From: Candidatus Uhrbacteria bacterium
GTDB taxonomy: Bacteria; Patescibacteriota; Patescibacteriia; UBA9934
Length of the DNA stretch: 64,000 bases
Assembly: GCA_903827265.1 (NCBI GenBank)
Contig: CAIKHN010000004.1
Coordinates: 104,067 to 168,066 of the forward strand
Direction: 5' to 3'
Part shown: one piece after another, positions 60,478-64,000 of the stretch
Layout: each line of letters begins with the position of its first letter
Position numbering within the stretch: the stretch's first letter is position 1
The notes under the pieces: model-generated
Database searches by the model: none
Seen by the model: the letters and a program-made list of their open reading frames with translations, nothing else
Told to the model about the DNA's origin: nothing
Position numbers and translations under genes: made by a program

Positions 60478-63402
60478 TTACGGTGTTGGAACAGAAACTG
60501 GCGGAGTAATAAGCACGTCTTCGATTGGAATTCCGCTTGATGACGCCGGTGTTGTGACGTTCACGATAACAGGACTTGATTCGAGCGTTCCGCCGGTTGG
60601 AGTTGAAGCGCGAGCAACGAGTTGATATCGCGCATCGCCGCCGATGTTCCACGAAATACTGGTTATCGACGACGGATTTGCTGTGCTTCCAATGGTTTTC
60701 GTTTCTCCAGTCCAGAGATTTTCCGCGGTTACCTCGAGGTATGTAACATCACTCACGTTTGGAACTTCGACAACGACGGTATACGCGCTTCCGGTATTGT
60801 CGATCGTTTGGTTTGAGAATGGGTTGGTGATGTGAAACTGCGCCTCCGCTCCGCTTGATTCGCTGATCGAGACTGCTACGCTGTCGTTTGCACTGTTGTC
60901 GACGTCGTCATAGATGGTCGCTCCGAGTGCGTGGGCTCCTGTCGTCACCCAGTTTGGGAGCGTGAACGTATCTCCGTTCATGTCGTGGCTTGTAAAGACC
61001 GCTGCACCATCCATGGTGTATTCCACTCGAGAGAACGAGCGATGCGTTGATGCATTAAGCGTTGTTGAGACTGATCGTCCAAGCGTTTGGCCATCGCGAG
61101 GAGATGCGAAGCTGATGCTCGGTTGATTTTCTGCTGTATGAACGTTATCCGTTTCGGTTGGAATATCTTTGCACGCAGTAATTGGCGATTCTCCAGGCTT
61201 AAGATTTGCGTTATGTTTGGTAATCCACGTTTGGACCGCAGTTTCCCATACGGAATAGTTTGGATCAGCTGATGGATTTTCCGGGACAGGTCCTCGCGGA
61301 TCGTTTTTATTCACGTACGTGAGGATCGTGTGATATTCGCCACAGGTTTCAGTTTTTTTATAGCGCTCAGGTGTAAATTCGTTTGCGAGCATTCCTGTTG
61401 AGGTATCGACGGTATATGTTGTAACGGGAATATTTCCGTCGAGCATGTCTTTGCCGATCGATGGGATAGTTGGCGTTGGGAAGGTTTCAATTGGCGTTCC
61501 TTCAAGTGCCTTTTGCATGAATTCTTTCCAGATTGGTGCGGCAATAAATACCGCCTCCGCATTTTTATTCATCTGTGTACCGTCGGTATTACCAACCCAT
61601 ACCCCTGCCGCAAGTGACGGCGTGTAGCCCATTGTCCAGGCGTCGTTAAAGTCGCTCGTTGTTCCTGTTTTTGCCGCAACGGGACGTGCACCGAGTTGCA
61701 GTGCGCTGTTGACGCCGAAGATGTATGAACGTGCATTGTTGTCTGAAAGCACGTTACTGACGGTATTTGCGATGTTCGCATCGACAGCCTGTGTTCCAAC
61801 GTGATCCTCAGCCTTCCACTCTTCCAGGGTTGTCCCACTCGCATCAGTAACCTTCAAAATTCCCGACGTCGTTTGTTGCAGACCGCCGTTTGCAAATGTG
61901 CCGTATGCGCGAAGGTGATCGATCATGGTGACCTCTCCGCCGCCGAGGACGAGGGAAAGTCCAAACCGTGAGCGATCGTCGAGCGTGGTGTATCCCATGC
62001 GCTGCAGGAAGGTAATGGCACTGTCGACGCCGACGAGATACATCGCTTTTACGGCTGGAATGTTTAACGATCCTTGGAGTGCCTTTCGCATGGTGAGGTA
62101 CCCATGCTCAGTAAAGTCATAGTTGTGTGGTTGATACGGGCCAGTTTCCGTAGGGAATGTGGTGTCGACGTCCCACAAAATTGTGTTTGGAGTAAAGCCT
62201 TTTTCCCATGACGCGGCATAAATGAGCGGCTTCATACTGCTTCCTGGTTGCAGCGGCTGTTGTGTAACGTTTACCTGACCTTGAATGTCGTCGTTGAAAT
62301 AGTCGGCGCTTCCAACCATGGCGAGGACTTGCCCGGTTTTTGGATCAATCGCAAGCAGTCCGGCGTTGTTAAAGCCGTATGTTGCGCTTTTTGCCTCGAC
62401 TCCGGCATTCACTGCGGCCTCGGCGGCCATCTGTTTGTCGTAATCAAGCGTGGTAATAACATTGAGTCCTCCGGTTTCTACTTCGCGTTCGGTATACGTT
62501 GTTTCAAGCTGATCCTTCACCCAAAGGACGAAATGAGGGGCGGTGATATTGCCAAGCTTTGCGACGACTGGTGTTTCTTCCGCAAGCGCCGCTGCAACAT
62601 CGTCGTGTGACGCGTATCCAAGCTCTTCCATGCTTGTTAAAATCCAGTCACGGCGAGCCTTCAACAGTTCTGGGTCTTTGAGGTATCTGCTCGGCTGTTT
62701 TGGTAACGCTGCAAGCGTTGCGGATTCCGCGAGATCAAGATCTTTTACGTCCTTACTAAAATATGCCTGGCTCGCTGACTGCGCGCCGTAATTTGTTGCG
62801 CCGTAACCGATTTGATTCAAATACAGTCCGAGAATTTGTTCCTTGGTAAATTTATCTTCAACGGCGTACGAAAGAAGAATTTCTTTAATTTTTCTGATGT
62901 ATGTTTTGTCGAGCGTGAGAATGACGTTACGAACCATTTGTTGGGTGATGGTTGACGCGCCCTGAGCCTTACATCCACATTTAATGTCTTCAAAAATTGA
63001 TCGTGCAATGCCAATGTAATCGATGCCGTGATGCGTATAAAAACGACGATCTTCTGCGGTGACGGTTGCATTGATAAGGTTTTGAGGGAGTGTTTCAAAC
63101 GGAACAATCGTGCGCTTTTCGTTTTCAGCGATCTCGTACAGGAGATGCTCGCCGGTACGATCGTAGATTTTGGTAGATTGTGACGTTTCGCTATTCAAAA
63201 TATCCTCAGGCGTTGGAAGAGTTTGTGCAATCCATAAATAGCCCAAAAACAGCAAGAGACCACCAAAAAGTAAGGCGGCGACCCCTCCAAGAATGATGTT
63301 TTTGAGGAGGGATCCTTTGGTGATGGCCTTGAACCGATGAAGTACTGCGGCGACGAAACGGTTTTTATGAAGTTCCGAACGATATGATCCGTAGCGCTGC
63401 AT
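60478..63402 (-). CDS. Class A penicillin-binding protein (PBP1A family) with C-terminal Ig-like domains
   Basis: Transglycosylase motifs EDRRFYTHHG, GASTITQQ, RKIKE; transpeptidase motifs GSSMK, SLN, KTGT. Confidence 0.96.
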   Translation of the reverse strand: MQRYGSYRSELHKNRFVAAVLHRFKAITKGSLLKNIILGGVAALLFGGLLLFLGYLWIAQTLPTPEDILNSETSQSTKIYDRTGEHLLYEIAENEKRTIVPFETLPQNLINATVTAEDRRFYTHHGIDYIGIARSIFEDIKCGCKAQGASTITQQMVRNVILTLDKTYIRKIKEILLSYAVEDKFTKEQILGLYLNQIGYGATNYGAQSASQAYFSKDVKDLDLAESATLAALPKQPSRYLKDPELLKARRDWILTSMEELGYASHDDVAAALAEETPVVAKLGNITAPHFVLWVKDQLETTYTEREVETGGLNVITTLDYDKQMAAEAAVNAGVEAKSATYGFNNAGLLAIDPKTGQVLAMVGSADYFNDDIQGQVNVTQQPLQPGSSMKPLIYAASWEKGFTPNTILWDVDTTFPTETGPYQPHNYDFTEHGYLTMRKALQGSLNIPAVKAMYLVGVDSAITFLQRMGYTTLDDRSRFGLSLVLGGGEVTMIDHLRAYGTFANGGLQQTTSGILKVTDASGTTLEEWKAEDHVGTQAVDANIANTVSNVLSDNNARSYIFGVNSALQLGARPVAAKTGTTSDFNDAWTMGYTPSLAAGVWVGNTDGTQMNKNAEAVFIAAPIWKEFMQKALEGTPIETFPTPTIPSIGKDMLDGNIPVTTYTVDTSTGMLANEFTPERYKKTETCGEYHTILTYVNKNDPRGPVPENPSADPNYSVWETAVQTWITKHNANLKPGESPITACKDIPTETDNVHTAENQPSISFASPRDGQTLGRSVSTTLNASTHRSFSRVEYTMDGAAVFTSHDMNGDTFTLPNWVTTGAHALGATIYDDVDNSANDSVAVSISESSGAEAQFHITNPFSNQTIDNTGSAYTVVVEVPNVSDVTYLEVTAENLWTGETKTIGSTANPSSITSISWNIGGDARYQLVARASTPTGGTLESSPVIVNVTTPASSSGIPIEDVLITPPVSVPTP

Positions 63403-63513
63403 AAAAAAGGCGAAAATTTTTGCGTTGGTTTCATCATACGTTGCGCGCAGAAAAAGGGCAAAAATAGCAGTGGATAACATGGCTAATATTAGCCAAAAAA
63501 GAACGAAAATACC

Positions 63514-63542
63514 TTGACAAAATGGCGTGGAAATGCTATACT
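63514..63542 (+). promoter_or_regulatory. sigma70-type promoter with extended -10
   Basis: TTGACA-17 bp-(TGC)TATACT. Confidence 0.75.
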
Positions 63543-63548
63543 AGTTCT

Positions 63549-64000
63549 ATGAAAATTCGGCAGTTAAACGCCGATTTTTCTTATTCTATGAAGAATCGCC
63601 TTAAAACGATACTCAAGCGTTCCCCGGTTGAAGTCGCAACTCTTGGTGCTCTTATGCTTCTTGCCGGGTACTTTGCACTTCCGTCTGCGGCTCGTGCGAC
63701 AGCAACCGCTTTTGCGGTGGGTCGTGCAACAGAGCTTGAGGTTGCTGCAATGCAGAACGCAACCAAGCCTTTTGGTGAGCTTCCTGGCGCAGATCTTCGC
63801 AATCCAACATATGTCATGCGCGTAACTGCGACGGCATATAATAGCGACCCTGCCCAAACCGACGATACGCCGTTCATTACGGCGAGCGGTACGCATGTTC
63901 GTATGGGTGTGATTGCAGCAAACTTCTTGCCGATGGGTACTTTGGTGAAGATTCCGGATTACTTCGGTGACCAGATCTTTACTGTGGAAGACCGCATGAA
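63549..64000 (+). CDS. 3D-domain (MltA-like) protein, runs off the window edge
   Basis: Manual translation: TM, then VTATAYNSDPAQTDDTPFITASGTHVRMGVIAANFLPMGTLVKIP...VEDRM; alternative start at 63588. Confidence 0.88.
   Translation, partial: MKIRQLNADFSYSMKNRLKTILKRSPVEVATLGALMLLAGYFALPSAARATATAFAVGRATELEVAAMQNATKPFGELPGADLRNPTYVMRVTATAYNSDPAQTDDTPFITASGTHVRMGVIAANFLPMGTLVKIPDYFGDQIFTVEDRM

Overview
This window is the replication-origin region of a small bacterial chromosome using genetic code 11. The gene set, the Shine-Dalgarno-less T-ATG starts and the surface-protein types point to Patescibacteria/CPR, probably ABY1/Uhrbacteria-like (inference). Core genes: rpoC (partial)-rpoB, recA, ftsK, efp-epmA, rpsF-ssb-rpsR, ychF, rmuC, rpsT, holA-polA, a Xer recombinase, rpsO-NYN-pnp, dksA-lspA-comM, tig, nfo, yidD-rnpA-rpmH, dnaA-dnaN and a class A PBP. 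Also present are four tRNAs, a bipartite oriC with DnaA-trios, three perfect parS sites beside a separate DnaA-box array, a PemK-type toxin-antitoxin pair and a 10-kb surface-protein operon. The main observation is that two classes of gene coexist. About 40 core genes start T-ATG/T-GTG with no SD. About 11 GC-rich orphan genes, in one- or two-gene cassettes, never have T at -1, mostly carry a canonical SD, often have their own sigma70-like promoter and end in a long GC hairpin. Several encode Myxococcota-style proteins: a membrane Ser/Thr kinase, a pseudo-caspase and two lipoproteins, one with MopE-type repeats. They look written for a different ribosome, possibly the host's. Other candidates are a 6S-like RNA after recA, a ~420-nt structured RNA before dksA, three long hairpins built on tandem G.A mismatches, and an aG/PT-PPlase-like gene paired with ORF6N and nfo. 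All calls come from reading the sequence by eye; no searches or folding programs were run.
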